This document shows, one piece after another, positions 27,001 through 40,030 of a stretch of DNA of 55,459 nucleotides (position 1 is its first letter; each line of letters opens with the position of its first letter). Where the stretch lies: assembly GCA_964016885.1 (NCBI GenBank), contig CAXHJY010001111.1:1-55459 (forward strand). Direction: 5' to 3'. The translations under genes and the position numbers were made by a program. The stretch is from Eledone cirrhosa. Lineage: Eukaryota. Under the pieces are notes generated by a model, which saw only the letters and a list, made by a program, of their open reading frames with translations, was not told where the DNA came from and made no database searches.

Positions 27001-30000
27001 TTGGTGGGGAGTATGGTGGTGTTGGTGGGGAGTATAGTGGTGTTGGTGGGGAGTATAGTGGTGTTGGTGGGGAGTATAGTGGTGTTGGTGGGGAGTATAG
27101 TGGTGTTGGTGGGGAGTATAGTGGTGTTGGTGGGGAGTATAGTGGTGTTGGAGGGGAGTATAGTGGTGTTGGTGGGGAGTATAGTGGTGTTGGTGGGGAG
27201 TATAGTGGTGTTGGTGGGGAGTATAGTGGTGTTGGAGGGGAGTATAGTGGTGTTGGTGGGGAGTATGGTGGTGTTGGTGGGGAGTATAGTGGTGTTGGTG
27301 GGGAGTATAGTGGTGTTGGAGGGGAGTATAGTGGTGTTGGTGGGGAGTATGGTGGTGTTGGTGGGGAGTATAGTGGTGTTGGTGGGGAGTATAGTGGTGT
27401 TGGTGGGGAGTATGGTGGTGTTGGTGGGGAGTATAGTGGTGTTGGTGGGGAGTATAGTGGTGTTGGAGGGGAGTATAGTGGTGTTGGTGGGGAGTATAGT
27501 GGTGTTGGTGGGGAGTATAGTGGTGTTGGTGGGGAGTATAGTGGTGTTGGTGGGGAGTATAGTGGTGTTGGTGGGGAGTATAGTGGTGTTGGAGGGGAGT
27601 ATGGTGGTGTTGGAGGGGAGTATGGTGGTGTTGGTGGGGAGTATAGTGGTGTTGGTGGGGAGTATAGTGGTGTTGGTGGGGTGTATAGTGGTGTTGGTGG
27701 GGAGTATAGTGGTGTTGGAGGGGAGTATAATGGTGTTGGTGGGGAGTATGGTGGTGTTGGAGGGGAGTATAGTGGTGTTGGTGGGGAGTATAGTGGTGTT
27801 GGTGGGGTGTATAGTGGTGTTGGTGGGGAGTATAGTGGTGTTGGAGGGGAGTATGGTGGTGTTGGTGGGGAGTATAGTGGTGTTGGTGGGGAGTATAGTG
27901 GTGTTGGTGGGGAGTATAGTGGTGTTGGTGGGGAGTATGGTGGTGTTGGAGGGGAGTATGGTGGTGTTGGTGGGGAGTATAATGGTGTTGGTGGGGAGTA
28001 TAGTGGTGTTGGTGGGGAGTATAGTGGTGTTGGAGGGGAGTATGGTGGTGTTAGTGGGGAGTATAGTGGTGTTGGTGGGGTGTATGGTGGTGTTGGTGGG
28101 GAGTATGGTGGTGTTGGTGGGGAGTATAGTGGTGTTGGTGGGGAGTATAGTGGTGTTGGTGGGGAGTATGGTGGTGTTGGAGGGGAGTATGGTGGTGTTG
28201 GTGGGGAGTATAATGGTGTTGGTGGGGAGTATAGTGGTGTTGGTGGGGAGTATAGTGGTGTTGGAGGGGAGTATGGTGGTGTTGGTGGGGAGTATAGTGG
28301 TGTTGGTGGGGTGTATAGTGGTGTTGGTGGGGAGTATAGTGGTGTTGGTGGGGTGTATAGTGGTGTTGGTGGGGAGTATGGTGGTGTTGGAGGGGAGTAT
28401 GGTGGTGTTGGTGGGGAGTATAATGGTGTTGGTGGGGAGTATAGTGGTGTTGGTGGGGGGTATAGTGGTGTTGGTGGGGTGTATGGTGGTGTTGGTGGGG
28501 TGTATGGTGGTGTTGGTGGGGAGTATAGTGGTGGTGGTGGGGAGTATAGTGGTGTTGGTGGGGAGTATAATGGTGTTGGTGGGAAGTATAGTGGTGTTGG
28601 AGGGGAGTATGGTGGTGTTGGAGGGGAGTATGGTGGTGTTGGTGGGGAGTATAATGGTGTTAGTGGGAAGTATAGTGGTGTTGGTGGGGAGTATAGTGGT
28701 GTTGGTGGGGAGTATAGTGGTGCTGGGGTGTACAGTGGTGTTGGTGGGGTGTATAGTGGTGTTGGAGGGGAGTATGGTGGTGTTGGTGGGGAGTATAGTG
28801 GTGTTGGTGGGGTGTATAGTGGTGTTGGTGGGGAGTATGGTGGTGTTGGTGGGGAGTATGGTGGTGTTGGAGGGGAGTATGGTGGTGTTGGTGAGGAGTA
28901 TAATGGTGTTGGTGGGGTGTATAGTGGTGTTTGTGGGGAGTATGGTGGTGTTGGACGGGAGTATAGTGGTGTTGGTGGGGTGTATAGTGGTGTTGGTGGG
29001 GAGTATGGTGGTGTTGGTGGGGTGTATAGTGGTGTTGGTGGGGAGTATGGTGGTGTTGGAGGGGAGTATGGTGGTGGTGGAGGGGAGTATAGTGGTGTTG
29101 GTGGGGAGTATAGTGGTGTTGGTGGGGAGTATAGTGGTGTTGGAGGGGAGAATGGTGGTGTTGGAGGGGTGTATAGTGGTGTTGGTGGGGAGTATAGTGG
29201 TGTTGGTGGGGAGTATAGTGGTGTTGGTGGGGAGTATAGTGGTGTTGGTGGGGAGTATAGTGGTGTTGGAGGGGAGTATAGTGGTGTTGGTGGGGAGTAT
29301 AGTGGTGTTGGTGGGGAGTATAGTGGTGTTGGTGGGGAGTATAGTGGTGTTGGTGGGGAGTATAGTGGTGTTGGTGGGGAGTATAGTGGTGTTGGAGGGG
29401 AGTATAGTGGTGTTGGTGGGGAGTATGGTGGTGTTGGTGGGGAGTATAGTGGTGTTGGTGGGGAGTATAGTGGTGTTGGTGGGGAGTATAGTGGTGTTGG
29501 TGGGGAGTATAGTGGTGTTGGTGGGGAGTATAGTGGTGTTGGTGGGGAGTATAGTGGTGTTGGTGGGGAGTATAGTGGTGTTGGAGGGGAGTATAGTGGT
29601 GTTGGTGGGGAGTATAGTGGTGTTGGTGGGGAGTATAGTGGTGTTGGTGGGGAGTATAGTGGTGTTGGAGGGGAGTATAGTGGTGTTGGTGGGGAGTATG
29701 GTGGTGTTGGTGGGGAGTATAGTGGTGTTGGTGGGGAGTATAGTGGTGTTGGAGGGGAGTATAGTGGTGTTGGTGGGGAGTATGGTGGTGTTGGTGGGGA
29801 GTATAGTGGTGTTGGTGGGGAGTATAGTGGTGTTGGTGGGGAGTATGGTGGTGTTGGTGGGGAGTATAGTGGTGTTGGTGGGGAGTATAGTGGTGTTGGA
29901 GGGGAGTATAGTGGTGTTGGTGGGGAGTATAGTGGTGTTGGTGGGGAGTATAGTGGTGTTGGTGGGGAGTATAGTGGTGTTGGTGGGGAGTATAGTGGTG

Positions 30001-33000
30001 TTGGTGGGGAGTATAGTGGTGTTGGAGGGGAGTATGGTGGTGTTGGAGGGGAGTATGGTGGTGTTGGTGGGGAGTATAGTGGTGTTGGTGGGGAGTATAG
30101 TGGTGTTGGTGGGGTGTATAGTGGTGTTGGTGGGGAGTATAGTGGTGGTGGTGGGGAGTATAGTGGTGTTGGTGGGGAGTATAGTGGTGTTGGAGGGGAG
30201 TATAGTGGTGTTGGTGGGGAGTATAGTGGTGTTGGAGGGGAGTATGGTGGTGGTGGTGGGGAGTATAGTGGTGTTGGTGGGGTGTATAGTGGTGTTGGTG
30301 GGGAGTATGGTGGTGTTGGTGGGGAGTATAGTGGTGTTGGAGGGGAGTATAGTGGTGTTGGTGGGGAGTATAGTGGTGTTGGAGGGGAGTATGGTGGTGG
30401 TGGTGGGGAGTATAGTGGTGGTGGTGGGGAGTATGGTGGTGTTGGTGGGGAGTATAGTGGTGTTGGTGGGGAGTATAGTGGTGTTGGAGGGGAGTATAGT
30501 GGTGTTGGTGGGGAGTATAGTGGTGTTGGTGGGGAGTATAGTGGTGTTGGAGGGGAGTATAGTGGTGTTGGAGGGGTGTATGGTGGTGTTGGTGGGGAGT
30601 ATAGTGGTGGTGGTGGGGAGTTTGGTGGTGTTGGTGGGGAGTATAGTGGTGTTGGTGGGGAGTATAGTGGTGTTGGAGGGGAGTATAGTGGTGTTGGAGG
30701 GGAGTATAGTGGTGTTGGTGGGGTGTATAGTGGTGTTGGTGGGGAGTATAGTGGTGTTGGTGGGGAGTATAGTGGTGTTGGTGGGGAGTATGGTGGTGTT
30801 GGTGGGGAGTATAGTGGTGTTGGTGGGGTGTATAGTGGTGTTGGTGGGGAGTATGGTGGTGTTGGTGGGGAGTATAGTGGTGTTGGAGGGGAGTATAGTG
30901 GTGTTGGTGGGGAGTATAGTGGTGTTGGAGGGGAGTATGGTGGTGGTGGTGGGGAGTATAGTGGTGGTGGTGGGGAGTATGGTGGTGTTGGTGGGGAGTA
31001 TAGTGGTGTTGGTGGGGAGTATAGTGGTGTTGGAGGGGAGTATAGTGGTGTTGGTGGGGAGTATAGTGGTGTTGGTGGGGAGTATAGTGGTGTTGGAGGG
31101 GAGTATAGTGGTGTTGGAGGGGAGTATAATGGTGTTGGTGGGGTGTATAGTGGTGTTGGTGGGGAGTATAGTGGTGTTGGAGGGGAGTATGGTGGTGTTG
31201 GTGGGGAGTATAGTGGTGTTGGTGGGGAGTATAGTGGTGTTGGTGGGGAGTATAGTGGTGTTGGTGGGGAGTATAGTGGTGTTGGAGGGGAGTATAGTGG
31301 TGTTGGTGGGGAGTATAGTGGTGTTGGTGGGGAGTATAGTGGTGTTGGAGGGGAGTATAGTGGTGTTGGTGGGGAGTATAATGGTGTTGGAGGGGAGTAT
31401 GGTGGTGTTGGTGGGGAGTATAGTGGTGTTGGTGGGGAGTATAGTGGTGTTGGAGGGGAGTATGGTGGTGTTGGTGGGGAGTATAGTGGTGTTGGTGGGG
31501 TGTATAGTGGTGTTGGTGTGGAGTATGGTGGTGTTGGAGGGGAGTATGGTGGTGTTGGTGGGGAGTATAATGGTGTTGGTGGGGAGTATAGTGGTGTTGG
31601 TGGGGAGTATAGTGGTGTTGGAGGGGAGTATGGTGGTGTTGGTGGGGAGTATAGTGGTGTTGGTGGGGTGTATAGTGGTGTTGGTGGGGAGTATGGTGGT
31701 GTTGGAGGGGTGTATAGTGGTGTTGGTGGGGAGTATGGTGGTGTTGGAGGGGTGTATAGTGGTGTTGGTGGGGTGTATAGTGGTGTTGGTGGGGAGTATA
31801 GTGGTGTTGGTGGGGAGTATAGTGGTGTTGGTGGGGTGTATAGTGGTGTTGGTGGGGAGTATAGTGGTGTTGGTGGGGAGTATAGTGGTGTTGGTGGGGA
31901 GTATAGTGGTGTTGGTGGGGAGTATAGTGGTGTTGGTGGGGAGTATAGTGGTGTTGGTGGGGAGTATAGTGGTGTTGGTGGGGAGTATAGTGGTGTTGGT
32001 GGGGAGTATAGTGGTGTTGGTGGGGAGTATAGTGGTGTTGGTGGGGTGTATAGTGGTGTTGGAGGAGAGTATGGTGGTGTTGGTGGGGAGTATAGTGGTG
32101 TTGGTGGGGTGTATAGTGGTGTTGGAGGGGAGTATGGTGGTGTTGGTGGGGAGTATAGTGGTGGTGGTGGGGAGTATAGTGGTGTTGGTGGGGAGTATAA
32201 TGGTGTTGGTGGGGAGTATAGTGGTGTTGGAGGGGAGTATGGTGGTGTTGGAGGGGAGTATGGTGGTGTTGGTGGGGAGTATAATGGTGTTGGTGGGGAG
32301 TATAGTGGTGTTGGTGGGGAGTATAGTGGTGTTGGTGGGGAGTATAGTGGTGCTGGGGTGTATAGTGGTGTTGGTGGGGAGTATAGTGGTGTTGGAGGGG
32401 AGTATGGTGGTGTTGGTGGGGAGTATAGTGGTGTTGGTGGGGTGTATAGTGGTGTTGGTGGGGAGTATGGTGGTGTTGGTGGGGAGTATGGTGGTGTTGG
32501 AGGGGAGTATGGTGGTGTTGGTGAGGAGTATAATGGTGTTGGTGGGGTGTATAGTGGTGTTTGTGGGGAGTATGGTGGTGTTGGAGGGGAGTATAGTGGT
32601 GTTGGTGGGGTGTATAGTGGTGTTGGTGGGGAGTATGGTGGTGTTGGAGGGGAGTATGGTGGTGGTGGAGGGGAGTATAATGGTGTTGGTGGGGAGTATA
32701 GTGGTGTTGGAGGGGAGAATGGTGGTGTTGGTGGGGAGTATAGTGGTGTTGGTGGGGAGTATAGTGGTGTTGGTGGGGAGTATAGTGGTGTTGGTGGGGA
32801 GTATAGTGGTGTTGGTGGGGAGTATGGTGGTGTTGGTGGGGAGTATAGTGGTGTTGGTGAGGAGTATAGTGGTGTTGGAGGGGAGTATAGTGGTGTTGGT
32901 GGGGAGTATAGTGGTGTTGGAGGGGAGTATAGTGGTGTTGGTGGGGAGTATGGTGGTGTTGGTGGGGAGTATAGTGGTGTTGGTGGGGAGTATAGTGGTG

Positions 33001-36000
33001 TTGGAGGGGAGTATAGTGGTGTTGGAGGGGAGAATGGTGGTGTTGGTGGGGAGTATAGTGGTGTTGGTGGGGAGTATAGTGGTGTTGGTGGGGAGTATAG
33101 TGGTGTTGGTGGGGAGTATGGTGGTGTTGGAGGGGAGTATAGTGGTGTTGGTGGGGAGTATAGTGGTGTTGGTGGGGAGTATAGTGGTGTTGGTGGGGAG
33201 TATAGTGGTGTTGGTGGGGAGTATAGTGGTGTTGGAGGGGTGTATAGTGGTGTTGGAGGGGTGTATAGTGGTGTTGGTGGGGTGTATAGTGGTGTTGGAG
33301 GGGTGTATAGTGGTGTTGGAGGGGTGTATAGTGGTGTTGGTGGGGTGTATAGTGGTGTTGGTGGGGAGTATAGTGGTGTTGGAGGGGAGTATAGTGGTGT
33401 TGGTGGGGAGTATGGTGGTGTTGGTGGGGAGTATGGTGGTGTTGGTGGGGAGTATAGTGGTGTTGGAGGGGAGTATAGTGGTGTTGGAGGGGAGTATGGT
33501 GGTGTTGGTGGGGAGTATGGTGGTGTTGGAGGGGAGTATGGTGGTGTTGGTGGGGAGTATGGTGGTGTTGGTGGGGAGTATGGTGGTGTTGGTGGGGAGT
33601 ATAGTGGTGTTGGTGGGGAGTATAATGGTGTTGGTGGGGTGTATAGTGGTGTTGGTGGGGAGTATAGTGGTGTTGGAGGGGTGTATGGTGGTGTTGGAGG
33701 GGAGTATAGTGGTGTTGGTGGGGAGTATGGTGGTGTTGGAGGGGAGTATGGTGGTGTTGGTGGGGAGTATGGTGGTGTTGGTGGGGAGTATGGTGGTGTT
33801 GGTGGGGAGTATAGTGGTGTTGGAGGGGAGTATAGTGGTGTTGGAGGGGAGTATGGTGGTGTTGGAGGGGAGTATAATGGTGTTGGTGGGGAGTATAGTG
33901 GTGTTGGAGGGGAGAATGGTGGTGTTGGTGGGGAGTATAGTGGTGTTGGTGGGGAGTATAGTGGTGTTGGTGGGGAGTATAGTGGTGTTGGAGGGGAGTA
34001 TAGTGGTGTTGGAGGGGAGTATAGTGGTGTTGGTGGGGTGTATAGTGGTGTTGGAGGGGAGTATAGTGGTGTTGGTGGGGTGTATAGTGGTGTTGGAGGG
34101 GAGTATGGTGGTGGTGGAGGGGAGTATAGTGGTGTTGGTGGGGAGTATAATGGTGTTGGTGGGGTGTATAGTGGTATTGGTGGGGGGTATGGTGGTGTTG
34201 GAGGGGAGTATAGTGGTGTTGGTGGGGAGTATAGTGGTGTTGGAGGGGAGTATAGTGGTGTTGGTGGGGAGTATAGTGGTGTTGGAGGGGAGTATGGTGG
34301 TGTTGGTGGGGAGTATAGTGGTGTTGGTGGGGAGTATGGTGGTGTTGGTGGGGAGTATAGTGGTGTTGGTGGGGAGTATAGTGGTGTTGGTGGGGAGTAT
34401 AGTGGTGTTGGTGGGGAGTATAGTGGTGTTGGTGATGAGTATAGTGGTGTTGGTGGGGAGTATAGTGGTGTTGGTGGGGAGTATGGTGGTGTTGGAGGGG
34501 AGTATAGTGGTGTTGGTGGGGAGTATGGTGGTGTTCGTGGGGACTATAGTGGTGTTGGTGGGGAGTATGGTGGTGTTGGTGGGGAGTATAGTGGTGTTGG
34601 TGGGGAGTATAGTGGTGTTGGTGGGGAGTATAGTGGTGTTGGTGGGGAGTATAGTGGTGTTGGTGGGGAGTATGGTGGTGTTGGTGGGGAGTATGGTGGT
34701 GTTGGTGGGGAGTATAGTGGTGTTGGTGGGGAGTATAGTGGTGTTGGTGGGGAGTATAGTGGTGTTGGTGGGGAGTATGGTGGTGTTGGTGGGGAGTATG
34801 GTGGTGTTGGTGGGGAGTATAGTGGTGTTGGTGGGGAGTATAGTGGTGTTGGTGGGGAGTATGGTGGTGTTGGTGGGGAGTATAGTGGTATTGGTGGGGA
34901 GTATGGTGGTGTTGGTGGGGAGTATAATGGTATTGGTGGGGAGTATAGTGGTGTTGGAGGGGAGTATAGTGGTGTTGGTGGGGAGTAAACTGGTGTTGGA
35001 GGGGAGTATAGTGGTGTTGGTGGGGAGTATAATGGTGTTGGTGGGGTGTATAGTGGTGTTGGTGGGGAGTATAGTGGTGTTGGAGGGGAGTATAGTGGTG
35101 TTGGAGGGGAGTATAGTGGTGTTGGTGGGGAGTATAGTGGTATTGGTGGGGAGTATGGTGGTGTTGGTGGGGAGTATAGTGGTATTGGTGGGGAGTATAG
35201 TGGTGTTGGAGGGGAGTATAGTGGTGTTGGTGGGGAGTAAACTGGTGTTGGAGGGGAGTATAGTGGTGTTGGTGGGGAGTATAATGGTGTTGGTGGGGTG
35301 TATAGTGGTGTTGGTGGGGAGTATAGTGGTGTTGGAGGGGAGTATAGTGGTGTTGGAGGGGAGTATAGTGGTGTTGGTGGGGAGTATAGTGGTGGTGGTG
35401 GGGAGTATAGTGGTGTTGGAAGGGAGTATACTGGTGTTGGAAGGGAGTATAGTGGTGTTGGTGGGGAGTATAGTGGTGTTGGTGGGGAGTATGGTGGTGT
35501 TGGTGGGGTGTATAGTGGTGTTGGAGGGGAGTATGGTGGTGTTGGAGGGGAGTATGGTGGTGGTGGTGGGGAGTATAGTGGTGGTGGTGGGGAGTATAGT
35601 GGTGTTGGTGGGGAGTATGGTGGTGTTGGTGGGGAGTATGGTGGTGTTGGTGGGGAGTATAGTGGTGTTGGTGGGGTGTATAGTGGTGTTGGAGGGGAGT
35701 ATGGTGGTGTTGGTGGGGAGTATAGTGGTGTTGGTGGCGAGTATAGTGGTGTTGGTGGCGAGTATAGTGGTGTTGGTGGGGAGTATAATGGTGTTGGTGG
35801 GGTGTATAGTGGTGTTGGAGGGGAGTATGGTGGTGTTGGTGGGGAGCATAGTGGTGGTGGGGTGTATAGCGGTGTTGGTGGGGAGTATGGTGGTGTTGGT
35901 GGGGTGTATAGTGGTGTTGGTGGGGAGTATAGTGGTGGTGGGGTGTATAGTGGTGTGTGTGGGGAGTATAGTGGTGTTGGTGGGGAGTATGGTGGTGTTG

Positions 36001-36890
36001 GTGGGGTGTATAATGGTGTTGGGGAGTATAGCGGTGTTGGTGGGGAGTATAGTGGTGTTAGGTGAGGAGTATAGCGGTGGTGATGGTGCGTATAGTGGTG
36101 TTGGTGGGGTGTATAGTGGTGTTGGGGAGTATAGCGGTGTTAGTGGGGAGTATAGTGGTGGTGAGTATAGTGGTGGTGGTGGGGAGTATAGTGGTGTTGG
36201 TGGGGAGTATAGCGGTGGTGGTGGTGAGTATAGTGGTGGTGGTGGGGTGTATAGTGGTGTTGGGGAGTATAGCGGTGTTAGTGGGGAGTATAGTGGTGGT
36301 GAGTATAGTGGTGGTGGTGAGGTGTATAGTGGTGGTGGTGGGGAGTATAGCGGTGTTGGTGGGGAGTATATTGGTGGGGAGTATAGTGGTGGTGGTGAGG
36401 TGTATAGTGGTGGTGGTGGGGAGTATAGCGGTGTTAGTGGGGAGTATAGTGGTGGGGAGTATAGTGGTGGTGGTGAGGTGTATAGTGGTGGTGGTGGGGA
36501 TTATAGCGGTGTTGGTGGGGAGTATAGTGGTGTTGGTGGGGAGTATGGTGGTGTTGGTGGGGAGTATAGTGGTGTTGGTGGGGAGTATAGCGGTGTTGAT
36601 GGGGAGTATAGCGGTGGTGGTGGGGTGTATAGTGGTGTTGGGGAGTATAGCGGTGTTAGTGGGGAGTATAGTGGTGGTGGTGAGGTGTATAGTGGTGGTG
36701 GTGGTGGGGAGCATAGCGGTGTTGGTGGGGAGTATAGTGGTGTTAGTGGGGAGTATAGTGGTGTTAGTGGGGAGTATAGTGGTGGTGAGTATAGTGGTGG
36801 TGGTGGGGTGTATATTGGTGGTGGTGGGGAGTATAGTGGTGTTGGTGGGGAGTATAGTGGTGTTGGTGGAGAGTATAGTGGTGGTGGTGT
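21091..36890. repeat. G-rich 21-bp minisatellite, ~750 copies
   Basis: Consensus gtatagtggtgttggtgggga, homogeneous to about 35850 and then degenerating toward (GGT)n. Confidence 0.98.
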
Positions 36891-37073
36891 GTAGTGTGTA
36901 AATAGTTGAGGTGGTGGTGGGTCTATAGTGGTGGTGTATGTGTGTAGTTGAGGTGGTGGTGGGTCTATAGTGGTGGTGGTGGTGGTGTACGTGTGTAGTT
37001 GAGGTGGTGGTGGAGTATGTCTATAGTTGTAGTGGTCCAGTTAGAGCTGACATATGGTGACCTGAGGCTAAAA

Positions 37074-37790
37074 ACCAACAACAACAACACCACAACCACC
37101 ACCAACAACAACAACACCACAACCACCACCAACAACAGCAACACCACCAACACCAAAACTACCACCACCAACAACACGAACACTACCAAAACCACCAACA
37201 CCCCCACTACCAAAACCCCTAACACCACCACCACTAAAACCACCAAGAACACCACCACCACCAACAACAACTAAACCACCAACAACACCACCAAAACCAG
37301 AACAACACTACCAAAATCACCACCACCACCACCAAAACGACCACCACCACCATTAACAACAACAACATCACCAACAACAAGTGGAGATTTGAATTTAGAA
37401 TGTAAAGGAAACTAAATATCATAAGATCTAACGTTATGATACTATTACTACTAATACTATTACTGATACTACTACTTCTATTGTTGCTATTACTACTACA
37501 ACTGTTACTACCACAACTATTACTGCTTCATCATATGAGCTGCTGTCCCCACCACTGCCATCACCCCCACTGCCAACATCACTACCACCACTGCCACTAT
37601 TATTTCCCCCACCGCTACCACCACTGCCAACACTGCAACCACCATCATCTCCACTGCTACCGCCACCACCACCACCACTACTACTCAGCCTTTCATCATA
37701 TGTAAGGTAATGCAGCAACTTAAGATCTAACTCAACTACTTCTACCATATGCAGCACCACACCCTCACCACCACCCACAGTCTCACACAC
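37074..37790. repeat. (AAC/ACC)n, (TAC)n and (CAC)n low-complexity tracts
   Basis: Imperfect trinucleotide runs. Confidence 0.85.
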
Positions 37791-38384
37791 AAGCACCATA
37801 CACGCACACACAGTCACAAACCATGCTTTTCCCACCAAGCCTACACCATCCATTTGCACCACATGCTATAGTCATTATTTTAACATCTTTTATAGAACAT
37901 CCAAGGAATTTCACTGTAATACCATCAAATATACTTCTCTCTAGCTTCTACTGTAATCAAACCATCCAAGCTGTTCATCTGCTGAAGCTAACACTCATCT
38001 GGAATCAATCACTTGAAAATCAATAACATATTTCCAAATCAATCAGGTGGTTTATAAACAATACTATTCTGTCTATTGATGCTGAATGGTTAAAAAGTTT
38101 GCTGTTCAATCAAGTAGTCCTGGGTTCAAGACCAGCACTGCTATTCTGGCCAACTAGAGAACCATGTAGAGTGCAGACCTCAGAAAGTTGCATTACTGAA
38201 CCTGTAACCAGGGCTGGTGCTACCTTTAAAACCAACTAGGCAGCTACCTAAGATGCAGACCTCAGAGAAACACATTATTGAACCTTATAGGATAATAGTT
38301 TTATATAAATTTGTATAATCAAATAAATTATATAATAATCTCCTGCAATCAATAAATAAATTGCTAAACATCTTTGCTCTGTAG

Positions 38385-38812
38385 CTTCTTCTTCGACCAC
38401 TTATTCCTGAGAGGGTCATGGGGGCAGAGTCCTCAAACACTCCCTCCAGTAGATCCTGTCAGAAGCAACCATCTCCAACTGATCTGGCTGGATCCCCAAG
38501 CGTGACCAGCCAAGCTCATGGATGTTATCCAACCATATTGCTTGGGGTCTACCCCTGGGTCTCCTGCCAGTTGGTTTTGCCCGTAAAATCTGCCCTGCAA
38601 TTTTTCATGAACCATTCTAACCACATGCCCATAGTGTCGGTGCTGTGATCTCTCAATTCAGAGAAGTAGTAGTTCTACCTAGAGTGACTCTTTGATCTCC
38701 GAGCTACACTATCGAGTAATGCTAGTCTAAGACCCATTGGAGGAATCCCATTTCAGTCACTTGTATTTACAATCATATTCTTTCGGTCATTACCCAAGAT
38801 TCATGACCATAG
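38385..38812 (-). mobile_element. RTE (Expander/Rex3-like) LINE 3' fragment
   Basis: Homologous to 11212-11640, with the same cttcttcttcg terminus. Confidence 0.8.
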
Positions 38813-38857
38813 GTATCTAAAATGGTGGAGAATGCCATATGGCGTTCTGATCTGTAA

Positions 38858-39478
38858 CCAGGGCTGGTGCTACCATTAAGGCCAACTAGGCAACCACCTA
38901 GGGTGCAGAACTAAGAGAGGTGCATTACTAAACCTTAAAGAATCACAGTTTTATATATATTTGTATAGTTATGTAATAAACAACATAAAGCAATTATTTC
39001 ATTTACCAGTGGTTTCTTAAAAGCAAAAGCATTTTGCTTTCAATCATCAGAATGAAAAAATCCTGGTGTATTTATTGGCGTTGGATTTTAAAAACAAAAA
39101 TATAATCTATATGAAAGTGAGGCTGGAAAAGTAATATTTGTATAGTTAAATTAAACGTAAAATAATTTCCTGTGGTCAGTAAATACAACACGAGATATCT
39201 TTACAACATAGCAGTGTTTTGGAAATATGTAAAGTGGTGAAGTGTTGTATGGTGTTATAACCTGCCACATGGTTTCACATAGATCAGTGAGAACTGTGTA
39301 GTGTAAAATACAGGCTTCGTAATTTTATGTGTGGTCAGAACAAGATTTATCAAAATCTAAGTTCTTCAGCTTACCAAACTCTAAATTGAAATTATTTGAT
39401 GTGGGAGATTGGGGTCATAATTTACAGAAGGGGGCACACATTATAAGGTTAGCCTAAATACCTAGACACCAGCCCAGT
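38858..39478. mobile_element. Possible hAT-type non-autonomous DNA transposon
   Basis: cagggctggtgcta ... tagacaccagcccag imperfect TIR; the left end is also repeated at about 38130 and 38208. Confidence 0.35.
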
Positions 39479-39581
39479 CCAGGTTAAATACCACAGTTTG
39501 CCAGACAGAAACTTCATGGAAGCCCACTGGATGGATTGTACCTGTAATTCAAATGTCCAACTTTGTCACATTTTGTTACAT

Positions 39582-40030
39582 GACAAAAAGCACCCAGTCC
39601 ACCCTGTGTTGGTGACACAACAAAAAGCATCCAGTCCATCCTGTAAAGTGGTTGTGCTGGTGACATGACAAAAAGCACACAGTCCATCCTGTAAAGTGAT
39701 TGTGTTGGTGACACGACAAAAAGCACACAGTCCATTCTGTAAAGTGGTCGTGTTGGTGACATGACAAAAAGCACCCAGCCCACCCTGTAAGGTGTTTGTA
39801 TTGGTAACACGGCAAAAAGCACCTGGTCAACCCTGAAAAGTGGTTGTGTTGTGGTCACAATAAAAAGCACCCAGCCCACATTGTAAGCTGGTTGTGTTGG
39901 CAACACGACAAAAAGCACCTAGTCCACCCTGTAAAGTGGTTGTGTTGTTGTCACAACAAAAGTACCCAGTTCAACCTGTCAGTTGGTTGTTTTGGTGCCA
40001 CGATAAAAAGTACTCGGTCCACCAAATGAA
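39582..40030 (+). repeat. Diverged 48-bp tandem array (~10 units)
   Basis: gacaaaaagcacccagtccaccctgtaaagtggttgtgttggtgacat-like units at 39619, 39667, 39715, 39763, 39811, 39859, 39907, 39955 and 40003, plus a shorter unit at 39582. Confidence 0.85.

Noticed and set aside
21091-36890. Telomeric repeat
   Set aside because: No TTAGGG-type units, and the array is interstitial with complex sequence on both sides.
21027-36901. Giant ORFs (4940, 5283, 3659 aa) as real genes
   Set aside because: They are translations of a 21-bp satellite that is open in several frames on both strands, their ends lie in a SINE or in the repeat, and they have no non-repetitive domain.
39514-40030. CRISPR-like array or 16-aa repeat protein
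   Set aside because: Units are homologous along their full length and derive from the RTE/SINE tail module; the ORF is a by-product of the 48-bp period.
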